Made by a program: the position numbers and the translations under genes. A stretch of DNA of 64,000 nt from Callorhinchus milii (lineage: Eukaryota). The stretch lies in contig NW_024704742.1 of NCBI RefSeq assembly GCF_018977255.1, forward strand, positions 64,544,001 to 64,608,000, written 5' to 3'. Below are positions 1 to 12,712 of the stretch, piece after piece. The stretch's first letter is position 1; each line of letters starts with the position of its first letter. The notes under the pieces are model-generated. The model did not search any database. It had not been told where the DNA came from and saw nothing but the letters and a program-made list of their open reading frames with translations.

Positions 1-406
1 CCTTGCATTTGATATAGAGACTTTCACATCGGGAAGATAATAATAATATGTTATTACATGCCTATATAATATATATTATGTATGTAATATAGAATATATC
101 TATGTATATATGTTAGTATATTATATATACAATCAGTTGTCTCAAAGCCCTTCAAACATTTACTGTATAGTGATTATATTTCTGTTTTTAGACAAACATG
201 GGAGCTAATTTCTACATAGTAATCTCCCAAAGAAGACCACAAAGTAAATGATCAATTTTATCTTGGGGATTGCTGGAAGAAACTCCCTTTTCTTTTCAAA
301 TGGTGCCATGTTGAGTAGTGGGCCGAATAGCCTTCTTCTGTTCTGCAATAAAATACCTGTGATGTCTTCAGCTGCCTTCAGCCTTCAGCTCCCCTCTCGA
401 CTCTCT

Positions 407-640
407 TCCCCCTCTTCGCTCCCTCCCTTCCCTCCCCTCACCCTGACCATTTCCCCCCTCCTCGCTCCCTCCCTTCCCTCCCCTCACCCTGACCATTTCC
501 CCCTCCTCGCTCCCTCCCTTCCCTCCCCTCACCCTGACCATTTCCCCCCTGCTCGGGTCATGACCCAACTGTGCAGCGCCTTGGGACGTCCTCCTGACGT
601 GAAAGGCGCTTTATAAATGGAATCTTGTTGTTGTTGTTGT
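407..640 (+). mobile_element. L2-clade LINE 3' end with an internal ~45-bp unit triplicated
   Basis: three copies of cctcctcgctccctcccttccctcccctcaccctgaccatttccc (one copy in the related element at 23075-23120), then the stem-loop tail and (GTT)n. Confidence 0.85.
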
Positions 641-734
641 CTTTAACGTGCAACTGATGAGGTACATGGGACCACAGTTTAATGTCTCATCTAAAGAACA
701 GCACATTCAACAAAGTAGCACTTCCCAGTACTGT

Positions 735-1308
735 ATTGGACTGTCAGCCTTACCAACTCTTCCCTTCACAAGCTGCAGATCATCCAAAACTCTGCAGCTT
801 GTGTACTCTCGCGCACCAGGCTCTGCGACCCCATCACTCGCACCCTCGCCCGACTCCACTGGCTCCCCATCCCCCAGAAGATCGAGTTCAAGATCCTCGT
901 CCTCACTTTCAAGACCATCCATGGCCTTGACCCCTCCTACCTCTCTGACCTACTGACTCTCTACCAACCTGCCCGCTTCCGCCATTCAGCAGGCTCCGGT
1001 CTGCTCCACGTCTCCCGGCCGACCCTCCCTACCATCGGTGGCCGGGCTTTCAGCCTCTTCTCTGCCCCCACACTCTGGAACTCCATCCCACGGTCCCTTC
1101 ACCTCGCTTCCTCCCTTGCCTCCTTCAAGGCCGGTCTCAAGACCCTTCTCTTCGACCGTGCCTTTGGTTGCCTTCCCACCTTTCTGCCTTCCCTCACCCC
1201 TACACCACCCCTCCCCCATGCTCGGGCCCCGACACCTGACTGATCAGCGCTTTGAGACGTCCCCCCGAAGTGAAAAGCGCTCTGTAGATGTAATTTTGTT
1301 GTTGTTAG
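735..1308 (+). mobile_element. L2-clade LINE 3' fragment
   Basis: ORF2 C-terminal remnant (LHWLP...RVQ-KIL-LTF-like), 3' UTR, stem-loop and (GTT)n tail; similar to copies at 12.7, 31.7 and 36.7 kb. Confidence 0.85.
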
Positions 1309-1763
1309 CTCAGACTGAGTTCAAAGCCCCAAAGTGAGGCTTGACTCACAGGGGAGGATGCTGCCAACTGAGCCAAACTAACAAAAGACATAAGCAAAGA
1401 AATACTGCATATTCCCATATAAAATGAGTATTATATTCTGATTATTTCACTGCTGCAATTAACTCTCTTAATTAACCCTTTTTTTAAAGCCGATTTTATG
1501 GCCATTCTTTTAAACCGCACTTTTGGTCACTTTTCCCTTCTCTCCTTCCTCAGCTCCCCTCATCGCAGTTCAGGGTCCCAGCCAATTCTGTGAAGAGCAC
1601 TGAAATATCCTCCTAATATCTAAGGTGCTGTATAAATGTAAAATAGCTGTTGTTGTATGGTTGCTCACCAAATCCAGAAAAATGGAATACCTTTGCCTTC
1701 ATAGAAATCACCACAGTAACACACATAAATGTATATACCACAGGGGTTCAAAACAAGGCTGCA

Positions 1764-1796
<33 letters not shown>

Positions 1797-4611
1797 CAGG
1801 TCAAGTATCTCACAACACAAGTAAAAACTTGTGCAAGTGCTATGCAGCCAATAAAAGGCAAGGCAAAAAAGACCCTTTTTAAATGTACATGATTGGTACC
1901 TTCATGTGACCATTTTGTATATGTTTTTAAACATTTCACATGATCCGGCTGATCCTCTTCTTTTAACAGGAATGTATCTTTGTCTACCTCCCTTATAATG
2001 TTTCAAAAGAATTCCATTTTACTGAGTTTCATTCATTTTTGATTCCCATGTAACACTGCCTTGAGTCTTCTCATAGGTTCAAAGTTAAAACATTGCATTC
2101 CTAAAGTCACATGCCTCTACATTACTATTTTTGATCTTGTCCTTTAATGTAGAATTAAATCTAACAATATAATGATTACAAATTACTGATCAGTCCTATT
2201 AAATACAATGATAAATCAAAATAGCAGCTGCTCTAATAGTCTGATTTACATGCTATGTTAAAGAAGCTCGTCACTCTTCACCTATATGTGGAGTATCTGT
2301 TTTTCAGGGGTAAAAAAAATAATTTTTAGCAATTCGAGTTTTTAAAAAATACCAGGGGGTTTCATTTACTCGTCATGAGAAGATTCAAACATGCATATGG
2401 AGAAGAGAAAGAGTCGCCTTGATTCCCCATGCAGTGCCTCCCTAATCTCATGTTTGTATGAGAGGAGGGCAATACTGCACATGCATGAGGCCACCTCTAT
2501 CCCGTTCGTACTGAGGGTTATCGGTTAAAACCAAAAATCAGAAGCCTTATCTATATGACATTTCTTATATATATACCTTTTCTTCTATATCATACATAAT
2601 AATCCTTGCATATGATGTAGCGTCTTTTCATGTCTTCGAGACGTCTCAAAGCACTTCACTATTTGTTTCTAGTCTGACTACTCTTATGGAAAGTAATTCC
2701 CCCTTGTTAATCACATTACAGTTTCTGTAATCTTGTTTAGTTGCGTAAATAATTATCTACTTGTTAAGCTTGAGCTGGAGACAGATACCAGTTGCCACTA
2801 TTTTAATGCCTTTCTCATTACTAATGTCTACAACAACAACTTAGTGGATCCTGGCAAGGACTGTTGTAATGGGGGTAATGGGAGTTTTGCGTGGGTGAGT
2901 ATCCCAGTGGTGGAGTTTTGAATTAAAAATTTTGAATTTGTGTTTGGTGGAGCTGGGGCGATCAGGGAGGAGAGCATTCGAATAGTCCAGCCAGGAAGTA
3001 ATGAAGAATAATTGAGCTTGGAGGCAATGAACGCATGGTTGAGGGTCTCAGCAGCCCAAAGAGAGAGATAGTTGCAGAGGTGGGTGATGTTGCAGAGTTG
3101 AGGTAAAGCAGATGCAGGGTTTGAAGGATAATTGAAGGTCAAATCTTACAAACAGCTCTGTGAAGTGGATTGAGCTCAGACTGCTCAGCTATCGGTTATG
3201 CTGTTATTACGCTACCCATCTGTGCATGCTCATACACAGATAATGCACCTTGTCAACATATCTTCATTGATGTATCCTTCTGAAACATTTTGTAGCCTCT
3301 TAGGCTAACTTCTTGGTTACCCACCATTCTTAACCATGTGAAGGTAATTATGTCAGGATTTACATTACTGCATACATTTCAAATTTCAAAAGTTTATTCC
3401 TAATTCTCCTTGTTTTGATATAAAATCACTTCAGCTTTGTGATAACACGTTACCCAATTTAATTATTTTTTCTCCCTCAGCCTGAAATTGAAGTGCTCCA
3501 ATCCTCCCACAGGCCTAATCCACCAAAACATTCTTCCTCCCCCTCCAAATCTAGTTTAAATAAATCCTAATTGTTGTACTGTACTACTTATGTTGTGCCA
3601 AAAATACACTTCCTCATCTAGTTATGTGCATACCATTCGTCCTATAAAAGTTCACTCTGTAATATCTTACATAGAAACTGCAAGAAACATCGTAGAAGTA
3701 GGAGCAAAGCAAGAAAGCAATCAAAACATCAATGCCTGTATGTTTCCAACAGTTATGGTTGGTAGAAAAAATGCAATGACATAACAAAGTAAATAACTTT
3801 CCAGATATTTTTAGCAGTACAGTATATGAAATACTTCATGCCAGTTTTGTAACTGAAGAAAAACAGATTTGATTTCTAACCTTAATTTGAAGATAATATA
3901 CAAATAATTCAATACACTAATGGATAGACTGACTGTACCAATAGTAATGCTGATCTCCAACTAGCAAACTGGTGATCCAATACTAACTGAATAAAGCAAG
4001 TCAAACGTTTTCTACAAATTGGTTGAGATGTTCATAAAGAAAGGCATGACTTCCCCCTACTGTCTGATTACAATGCTGCGAGTGTTGTTCTAATCAACGT
4101 TCATGTTTACAACAACAACATTATACAGCACCTTTCACATTGGGAAGACATCCCAAGGCGCTGAAGTACTGCATGTTTAACCATTGTTTTTGTGTGTTAG
4201 CTACATTTGTAAAAACTAGCAAATGTCATCCTTTGGACACAGTGGCAACCCAAGTTAAATACTACATTTTATACATTCAACAAGACATTGTGTAGTAATA
4301 TTGATCAAAGAAAGTCAAACACTAGTTACTGCTTCAGGTAACCAAGTAATAAGCCTGTTAGAAATTGTCATTAAAGTGCATCTCAGACACTGCTTTTTGG
4401 TGTTGCTTCTTTTCAGTTAATATAATGTTTGTTCCGATAATTAATCAATAATAATTTGATGAAGTTAGGCTAATTAGTTTATAACTATAAAGAGCTCTAC
4501 ACAGTACTTTACCAAATTATTTCACATTAAGCCCTGAAAGCATACAACAGTTATATGCCCTGTTCTTAGCATTAGTAGGAGCACACTACAAAGTAGAATC
4601 ATTTTTCTTAC

Positions 4612-4638
4612 CTGATTGCCAATAAAAGTATGCTCCAT
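4612..4638 (-). CDS. candidate alternative first coding exon of RGS12 (in intron 3), MEHTFIGNQ
   Basis: ATG GAG CAT ACT TTT ATT GGC AAT CAG|gtaaga: strong phase-0 donor in non-repeat sequence; TGACGCA motif near 4857 upstream. Confidence 0.35.
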
Positions 4639-7600
4639 GTAATTGTAAAGTTTTCAAAAGAACCCCTTAGTACAGAATGCAGCACACAGACCTTAGGACA
4701 GTATTGATATTAATATAACTGCCTGACTTTATCAAGATGTTAGTAAAAAAATATAGTAATGCTGTTCGGTGCAGTACCATTATCGCTCTTGTTCCTTCCC
4801 TCTGAGTTCTCTCTCTAGCCAGACTAAATACTATTTCTCCAGCCAGGCACTGCGTCAGTATGTTCAATGCCCTCAGGCTGCCCAACAATGCTGCACAGGC
4901 ATGCTCAGTAAAAGAAAAACATTAACAGAGAGAGAAAAAAACTGTCATTGGGGAATTTTTATTTTTAGACTGTAATACCTTGCTGATCTCAAGGGGTAAG
5001 CAAAAAAAAATTAGACCTTCTGTTTTTGCACCATTTTATAATATCCATTTACTACCAGACTTAGCTTAGTGTGGGGCTGAAGGGGGTTATGTAAACTAAA
5101 GCACTATGTATTGGCCTTAACCAATTGTGTGACGTTTTCATAAAATCCTAATCCAATTAACAATCCAATTAGTGTTTAACTGTATTTAAGACAATCCTAT
5201 ACATTTTTAATTTACAAATCTTATTCTAAACCAAACCAACACATTATAACCAATTATTGATTATATACAACACAGTAAGGTGTCAGCCTGTTCAGGTGAT
5301 AGCCCTATTGCTTCAGAGCCAGAATGGTATGGTTTGAAGACCCACATTCGGATTTTGAGCTCATAGTCTGAAGTACTGCATTGTCAGAGGTAGAACCTTT
5401 GTCTGTATAATGTCAGATGAATTAATTTGCCTTATTAATTTGCCTTATCTTAAGACGCTAATTGCCTTAGCAATTAGGTTGCGGGTAAACAAAGTTTTGC
5501 CATAGATAACATTTGCATAAGGTACACACACTCATGACAAGGACCATTAGCAAACCACAGTACCTTCATGCCAGATCTTGTTTCCGCCAGTCCTACCAAT
5601 ATATAAATTACTATTACTAGCATTATATTTTTCATTGCCAAAAGTTATAACTTATTTGATAATCTCTAAATCTGGCTTGTACATGGTGTTACCATTTAAA
5701 AGTGATTTAGTGGAGGGAGAAAAAAAAAGTTTATTATTGGATTTGGAGGAAAATATCATTAAACATTTTGAGGAAAATAAGCAAGAACATTTTTGAAGGC
5801 CTCTCAAAGAATCTTAAAACTAGAGTCTCTTAGTTCGCAAAATAATCATGGCTCTAAATGAACAACTGTTGTGGCAATACCTTGGGTTGGTATCCTTTTC
5901 AGAATTTGATGCTTTTTCAAAAAAACATCCTAAAAATAGTTTTAATGGCTTGGAAATGCATTCAGACAGAAGTGGTGGAAAAACAGGGGTTTTAAATTAA
6001 TATTCACAGTACTGTTTAGCTGGGAGAGAATACAGTAATTTTTAACCCTGTTCTTCATTTTTCAAGGTATAATTAGGTCATTTTTTGCTTTTCACTTTTT
6101 CGGAACCGCAGAGTACTTGTTCGCCGTACTCTAAGATTTTACCAACACTCTACCAGTGAGACATTCCAGGCTCCACTGCAGCTTGGTTTGGAGACTCTTA
6201 AGGTTGGCGATGGGTTTCCACATGTGTCACAAACACCTGGCTGACCAAATAAAAGAGTTGGCAAGTTCCCTCGAGTTGATAGTGGTGTGCTTTATATGCT
6301 GTGTACAGGGTTGAGAGCACCAGTTATTGCCTCAAATGAGTAAGGTTTGTACATAGTGAAGGGTGAAACAGTGGGAATAAGTCTGGCAAGCTAAAGCATT
6401 GGTAAAAGTGCTTGAACTCATGGAGAGCTTTAGGATTGAGAGTACAGGAATAGGCTTCAGAGGGCGACTGTTTCTACATAGCCAGTTTCCTTTTGTGGCT
6501 AGGAGATTAAATATTTCATGTTTATGCTTTCTGAGAGACACAATCAGTTCTTTCTGTTGGTTAGGTGAAGCGCTTTGAGATGTCTCAAAGCTGTGATAAG
6601 GCACTATATCAAATGCAAGGATTATATATATATATACATATACATACATGTAATATATATAGAAGTTATATTTCTCTATTGTAAAGGCAAATTTCCTTGT
6701 TCCACACTCCTGCTTACCTAGCAATAACTATGAACCCGCTTGATAGTCGATTGGAAAGTAATCCATTCAAAATTGTTCTTTTTACGATAATATTGTCACT
6801 CAATCCATGACTGGCAAGCACTCTGGAACTCTACCTTGCATGAGAGGCACGATATAAATGCAAGTTGTTGTTGTTGACTGTTTGTGGGACACTGCTTGTG
6901 CAATTGGCTGCCACATTTCGCCCACAAAATATACAGTGATTTCACTTCACAGTGAAGCCCTTTGAGACTTCTCAATGACGTGATGAGGTGCTATATCAAA
7001 TGCAAGGTTTTTTTATCATAGAAGGGAAGTCTGTAGATGGTGCTTGGAAGGTGCCAAGAGGATGCGGTGATGGGTCAAGACTATGTTTCTTGCAATTCAG
7101 AGGGTCTTGACCTGTCATCGCATGTGCACTTACCGTCAAGAGTTGGAATCGCAATGAATCGTGAAAAATTAAGTTCCTCTGCACATGCGTCAACAGATCA
7201 AGACTACATTTCCTGCATTCAATACAGCCGGCCGGTATGTTCATGTGCGGCGACGGATCAGGACGTCATTTCCCACGCTTCAATGCAAAACCGGATAAGT
7301 GTGGAAGTAACAGAAGATAGGGAAGTGATGTTACGGCTTAGGAAGTGATAAATACGACTAGTGCAAAGAAATCCTAAGGCTTTGATAGGAAACTGAATGT
7401 GACTCAGGTGGATGTACGATTTAGGTGATTATACGATTTATAAAGATAAGACTTAGGCAAATTTTACCGTATCTCATGAAAAAAGGGAGTTCCTCCCAGT
7501 GTCCTGGCCAACAACCCCCCAAATCATTCACTTCACGACTTTTGTGGGACGTTGCTGCACGCACATTGTCTGCTACATTGTCCTATAGATACAAAATCAC

Positions 7601-7794
7601 TACCCTTTGCAGAAATCCTGTAAAGAGCTTTGAGATATCCTCTTGCCGTGAAAAGTGTTATACCAAATGTGAGAATTATTATTATTTAAAGAACACCAAC
7701 AGATGAATCAATCATTCATAGCGGCAATACACATGTGTGGAGTTAGCTTTAGAAAAGATGTTTAGTTTCTACATAATGTACAAAATATAATTAC

Positions 7795-7914
7795 CTCCAA
7801 ATCATCCAAGGATCTCGTTATACTGAAACGTTTTGATCTTCCATATGATCGTCGAACAGAAGACCGTTGGGATGCTTGGGGGAATCCGACTAAAATTCCA
7901 GAAAGCTTTGCAAC
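7795..7914 (-). CDS. RGS12: RGS12 next coding exon (120 nt; missed by the ORF track)
   Basis: tttttag|GTT GCA AAG...TTG GAG|gtaatt; VAKLSGILVGFPQASQRSSVRRSYGRSKRFSITRSLDDLE, matching the RGS12 motif RSKRFSITRSLDDLE; phase 0 at both ends. Confidence 0.95.
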
Positions 7915-9640
7915 CTAAAAAAAGTCAATATTTTACTTCAAAATGGAAAAAGAGCATCTGGAATAATATCTGGAGCATTGATCCAAAAATTAAGAGACTT
8001 TTACAGATGGACTGGCAGAACAAATGGTATAAAAAAACAGCAAAACTGTAGTATTGTTTATCTAACTCCCAAATCCCGCTGATTTGATCAGCCCATTCCC
8101 TGTTCACAGTGCAGCCCCGTTATAACACACTTCATTGTCGTGTGAGTTGTTTATAACCGCTATAGCATCAACACCATTCAGCCTGCTCACTTTAAGTGCA
8201 GGCCAACTTTCAAACTGATATGGCAGAATTCCAGATCATTGGGAGCATCTCCCAATTGCTGCATTTTTCTTTTAGTGAGGAGCTGGTCAGCATTCAGGAA
8301 GTAAGCTGGTCACTGTGCATGTGCTGTCACCCTTCAATATTGTGCAGATTGGGATTTTAAGAACCAGCCTGCTTCATGTCCTCCTCCTTCCTGTCCCACC
8401 ATCGGCAGGAAGCCCTTTCTGCCCCAACTCTCTGGTACTCCATTCCTGAGTTCCTGTGAGTCCAGTCCCTAAGACTTGCTCCTTCCCTCACCTCAGAGTC
8501 CATCTCAAGACTTTGATCATACCTTTATTCATTATTTCCCTTCCCGCCCTCCTTGACTCCCACCCCCAGCTCGGATGCTAAGCCAATTTTGTTAAGCACC
8601 TTAGGACATCCTCCTGATCTGAAAGTCATTACGTAAATTTGTATGGTATTTTATGGATCCCGTACACAGGGATATAATATTTGCAACAGTTGAGCAAACT
8701 TGGCAAACATCGGCAAACTTAGTTAGCAAATAGTAGCTTGGTCAAAAGGTTGTTGGTTCAAATGACACATTGAGGATTGTAGTTTGCAGTCAAGGCTGAC
8801 ACTCTAGTGCAGAGATTATTTTTAAACAAGGCTGTCTGTCTGTTCTTTGGGTGGGTCTTAAAGATCGCCTGTCACGGTTTGAAACAGGAGACAGATTCTC
8901 CTGGTGACCCAGCCAACAATCTTTCAGATAAACTTGTCATTCGTGGCTGTTTGTGCGAATTTTCTTCAGGCAAAATGGCTGCCACATTTGTCTGCAAAAA
9001 AAACTCTTGACTATAATTACTGTAAAACACTTTACGATATATTTTATATGAAAATGTAATTTTTTCTTTCTTATTGCTTCGTTTTTCTCCTCATGTACAT
9101 ATATGTGAAACATAATTTGCCAAAGGCAGTCTCTGCGGGTTTAAAGTTACATGAAAGGATCTTGTGTCAGCTTTTGGGATTTCAGAATTACTTACTGGGA
9201 ACCACACGGTAAAAGTGGTATAATGTTCTAGCAATTGTAGAAAGTCCGTACTCATGTACTGGCCCTGATATAAACATTTCAATGAAGTCTTTGAAACAAT
9301 TGTTGCCAAATATCAAAGGACAAGTCTGTCTAACAGCTGACCTAGGATGTTTGATGAAATACTTTCCTACACCATCTTATGAAATGGAAAAATAGAAGAC
9401 ATATTTTTTACATTTCAGTGTGCAGTTTATCAAAAAATATAAATGCATAAAGGACTATTGTTTATTTACATGTAAAGAAACCATTCAGGAATAAACAATT
9501 TTAACTCAAAGGCTGCTTAAGGAATCTTCTGGTCCTTTGCATTTGTAACCTGTTGAAATCTTTTCTCACAATTTTAACCAATATGAATCATAGTAATTCT
9601 GTGAACTGTGTATCAGTACAGAACAAACAGCATATGGATA

Positions 9641-9783
9641 TAGTAAACACCTTATAACTCACCACTCCAAGGGAAAAGGGCTCAGTATAAATACATAAGT
9701 GAAAGCAACTGGAATACTGACAGCATGATGACTTAAGTGGTAGTGACAAGTTAAGCTGGGGTTGAGTTATCAGGAGTTTACAG
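9641..9783. mobile_element. MITE with imperfect ~21-bp TIRs and TA flanks (Tc1/mariner-pogo type)
   Basis: TA|TAGTAAACACCTTATAACTCA ... TGAGTTATCAGGAGTTTACAG|TA. Confidence 0.65.
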
Positions 9784-11866
9784 TATAAAGATTAGGCCCA
9801 AACAGTAAATCATTCTGAAGAAATTCAGCCCTGAACCAGAATTTTTCTTTACTTTTTTAAAAGTTAGAGACTGATTTGGGCATTTTAAATCCTTTTATAC
9901 ATATGTAACTCTTTCTGAACCTTTAAAGTAACAAAATTATTAATTCGGGAGTGCTTAAATGCAGAAGTTAAGAATACACAGAATCATGAAATTTGTACAG
10001 CCCATCTTGTCTGAACCATTTTTAAATGATTGTTTTGCATTACTCTTTTTTAAGCTAAAGCAGTATTAATTGATTCAGCAAAATATATCAATAAGTGATG
10101 TGCCATTGGAATAAAAATTGTTTTACTTCATACTTAAATCTTAGGAGTTAATATAAAATTGCATGCAGATGTCTGTGAGTAATGAACAACACCTGGTTCA
10201 GTTTACTCCTCTTAGCCATTTCCCACTGATGATGCTATTAAAACTTACTAAACAAACATGATTTGTCAAGCAGGCAGAAAAGTAAAGAATGTAATAATTA
10301 TTTGAAACAGCTTGATTTTTAAAATGCTTCTAATTGCTTTGTGATCTTGGTTTACACGTGTGTTTCTATAATTCTGATAATAATGGTAGAGCATTTGCCA
10401 GTCTATAGCCTTCCTGTGGTAGGTGGTGCTGCTCCTGGTAAGGCCATATGTTCGTCTGTCTGGTAAATTTATGTGCTGCTTTTATGAGTTTTGAGTCTAC
10501 CTCTACATGAAAGCCCTTTCAATTTTGAGAATTGCCAAGCTGAGGCAAGGATTTACATTATAGTGTAATAAATGTAATGTTTCATAGGTTAGTCAATATG
10601 CTAATTATTAAAAATTTGTCAAACATGGCATTTTTTGTCTATAATTATCAATTAATTTCAAATGTGAATCCCCTTTGCCCCCCAATTTTGATATATAGCC
10701 CACAGAAGAACTGCCATTATTGTTTCTGATCACCTTTCAGCACTTTTTTATGGGATTATCTCTGGAATTTCCGCGTGGAGGTCGGATGCATGGAAATCTC
10801 AGTTTGGTATGGATACTCTTATGCATGGTGATTGGTCTCTGCATGTGTCTGACACAAGGCTGTCCCCAAAAAATCATGGGAACAGCTAATGGTCAGATTG
10901 AATTAAATTCATATTCTGTGAAGTAGTAACACCATTCCAACATATCTGGATCCAGATTGATTCTGACGGTGGGTGACCTGCCACTAGGGAACCAGATTAA
11001 ATAGGCATGCAGAATACAGTAGATCACTTAAACAATCTGAATAATTCTCTCTGGAAGACCAAGAGAGTATATCTTTTTCAGGTCATCCCTCAATTGTCTT
11101 TTTTCCAGTGAAGTTCCAGTTTCTCAGTCCCTGGTAACATCCTAGTAAATCTCCCCTGCACCCCCTCTAGCGCCTTGACATCCCTCCTAAAGAGGGGTTT
11201 GTTCTGAATTATCTGATATAAATCATTGTAAGTCTCCCTCCCTCCCTCCCTCCCTCCCTCCAGAGACAACGTTCTTTCTCCTCCCAGGCCCCCAAATCTG
11301 TATCATCTTCAGTAAATGATCAGTAATCACACACAAGTCCTTTTCTCCTAACACCTTATTTAATGGACAACCTCTCATTTGTATAGTTTCTTATTCCAAC
11401 ATATATTACTTAAATGCAGAGGTCATCCAAAGAAAATATGAATTGGGAAAATGTCCCAGGTTCTGGGAATGAATTTCATAATACCTTACATACTACCTTT
11501 GCCTTTGCAAACTAATCTTCAATGCACCAATCTTTCATTTACTTGCCACATAGCACATTTTATGAGTCTGCTCTCAAATGTCTCTTCTTTCCTAGCATAC
11601 ATAATACAAAGGAGCACACTGCGTAGTACTGGAATACCAAAAATCAGATGTGGCAACACTGGAGTGTTAATTTAGTGCTAATTTTCCACTATCATTGCAT
11701 CAAGATCACTTCATATTTTGCTGCAAAGTAAGAGTTTCACTCTTACCAAGACTATACTGAAATTTCTAAATCCTAGCTTGATCACACATGCTGTGAGCAG
11801 AAAATTAAATGGGGAAAGGTTGGAGAAGCATGGATGTGGAGATGCGCCTGCAGTGGAGATGCATTC

Positions 11867-12218
11867 TGGAGTCCTGCAGCTTAGTGGTTCGAGCACTCGG
11901 CTCGCAAGCAAGAGGACCTGGGTTTGATTCCCAGCAGGGCGAAATGTTGGGCAAGTTTTGTTACTCCACACGCCGCTGTTTACCGAGCAGTAAGCAGGAA
12001 CCGGTTGTTATTCAATTGGCAGAATGCTTTTTCGGGGATAATAATCCCTTCAAAAAAATAATTTAGTCACTCAATCCATGGCTGTTAATGGGACACTGCT
12101 GTATGTGGATCACTGTTGTGCGCAATTGGCTGCCATGTTTCACCCACGTGATACAGTCAATTCACTTTACAGTATATTCTGTGAAGCACTTTGAGATGCA
12201 ACAATTATTATTATTATT
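11867..12218 (+). mobile_element. SINE, longer subfamily; related copies at about 6700-7010, 19635-19888 (-), 22520-22878 (-), 33240-33510 (-) and 40335-40560
   Basis: same tRNA head plus an extra central segment tttacc-agcagtaag-aggaaccc-gttg...gattggc. Confidence 0.85.
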
Positions 12219-12712
12219 GCAATTCTTACACAGGGAGCTCCTGATTCATATGGGTTACTATAAGTCATCCCAATTAGTGGAGTAGGGGTAGACTTCTGGG
12301 AAAATATTTGTTAAAAAATCAAAAATTTTCACCTAAAACACAAAAAAAAAACAACATATCAAGTGTGAATCTTAATCAGAATACAAATCATTCAAGCTTA
12401 TAAAACAGCAAGAATAAAACCAGCAACTCCCCTACCTTTACTTCAAGTGGCCTTTACAAAAACACAAAAGTAAAAACCTGTTATTTCCAAGTGGTGTCCC
12501 CTGCAACAAACCCCTTAAATTTGAGACAGAACGCCACTCTGCAAGCTCAAAGAGATATTGCACAAGCTGAGACTATGATTAATAGGAATATTTCACAAAC
12601 AACATGCATACACAGTTATTTTCTTGTTTGTAGGTAGGAATTTGCTTGGGCCAATTCAAAGCTTGAAACTCACATAAAAACAATATAGTCAGGAATCAGG
12701 GTTATCCATATA

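Noticed and set aside
407..550. Three ~45-bp direct repeats suggestive of a CRISPR-like array
   Set aside because: No spacers and a eukaryotic context; this is a slippage expansion within an L2 3' UTR.
6143..6296. TATAAA, ATG, 27 codons (MWKPIANLKSLQ...) and a GT donor, suggesting another RGS12 first exon
   Set aside because: It lies inside a copy of the dispersed GCTTAAGAGTATCCAAAC repeat, and the donor (TTG|GTAAAA) is weak.
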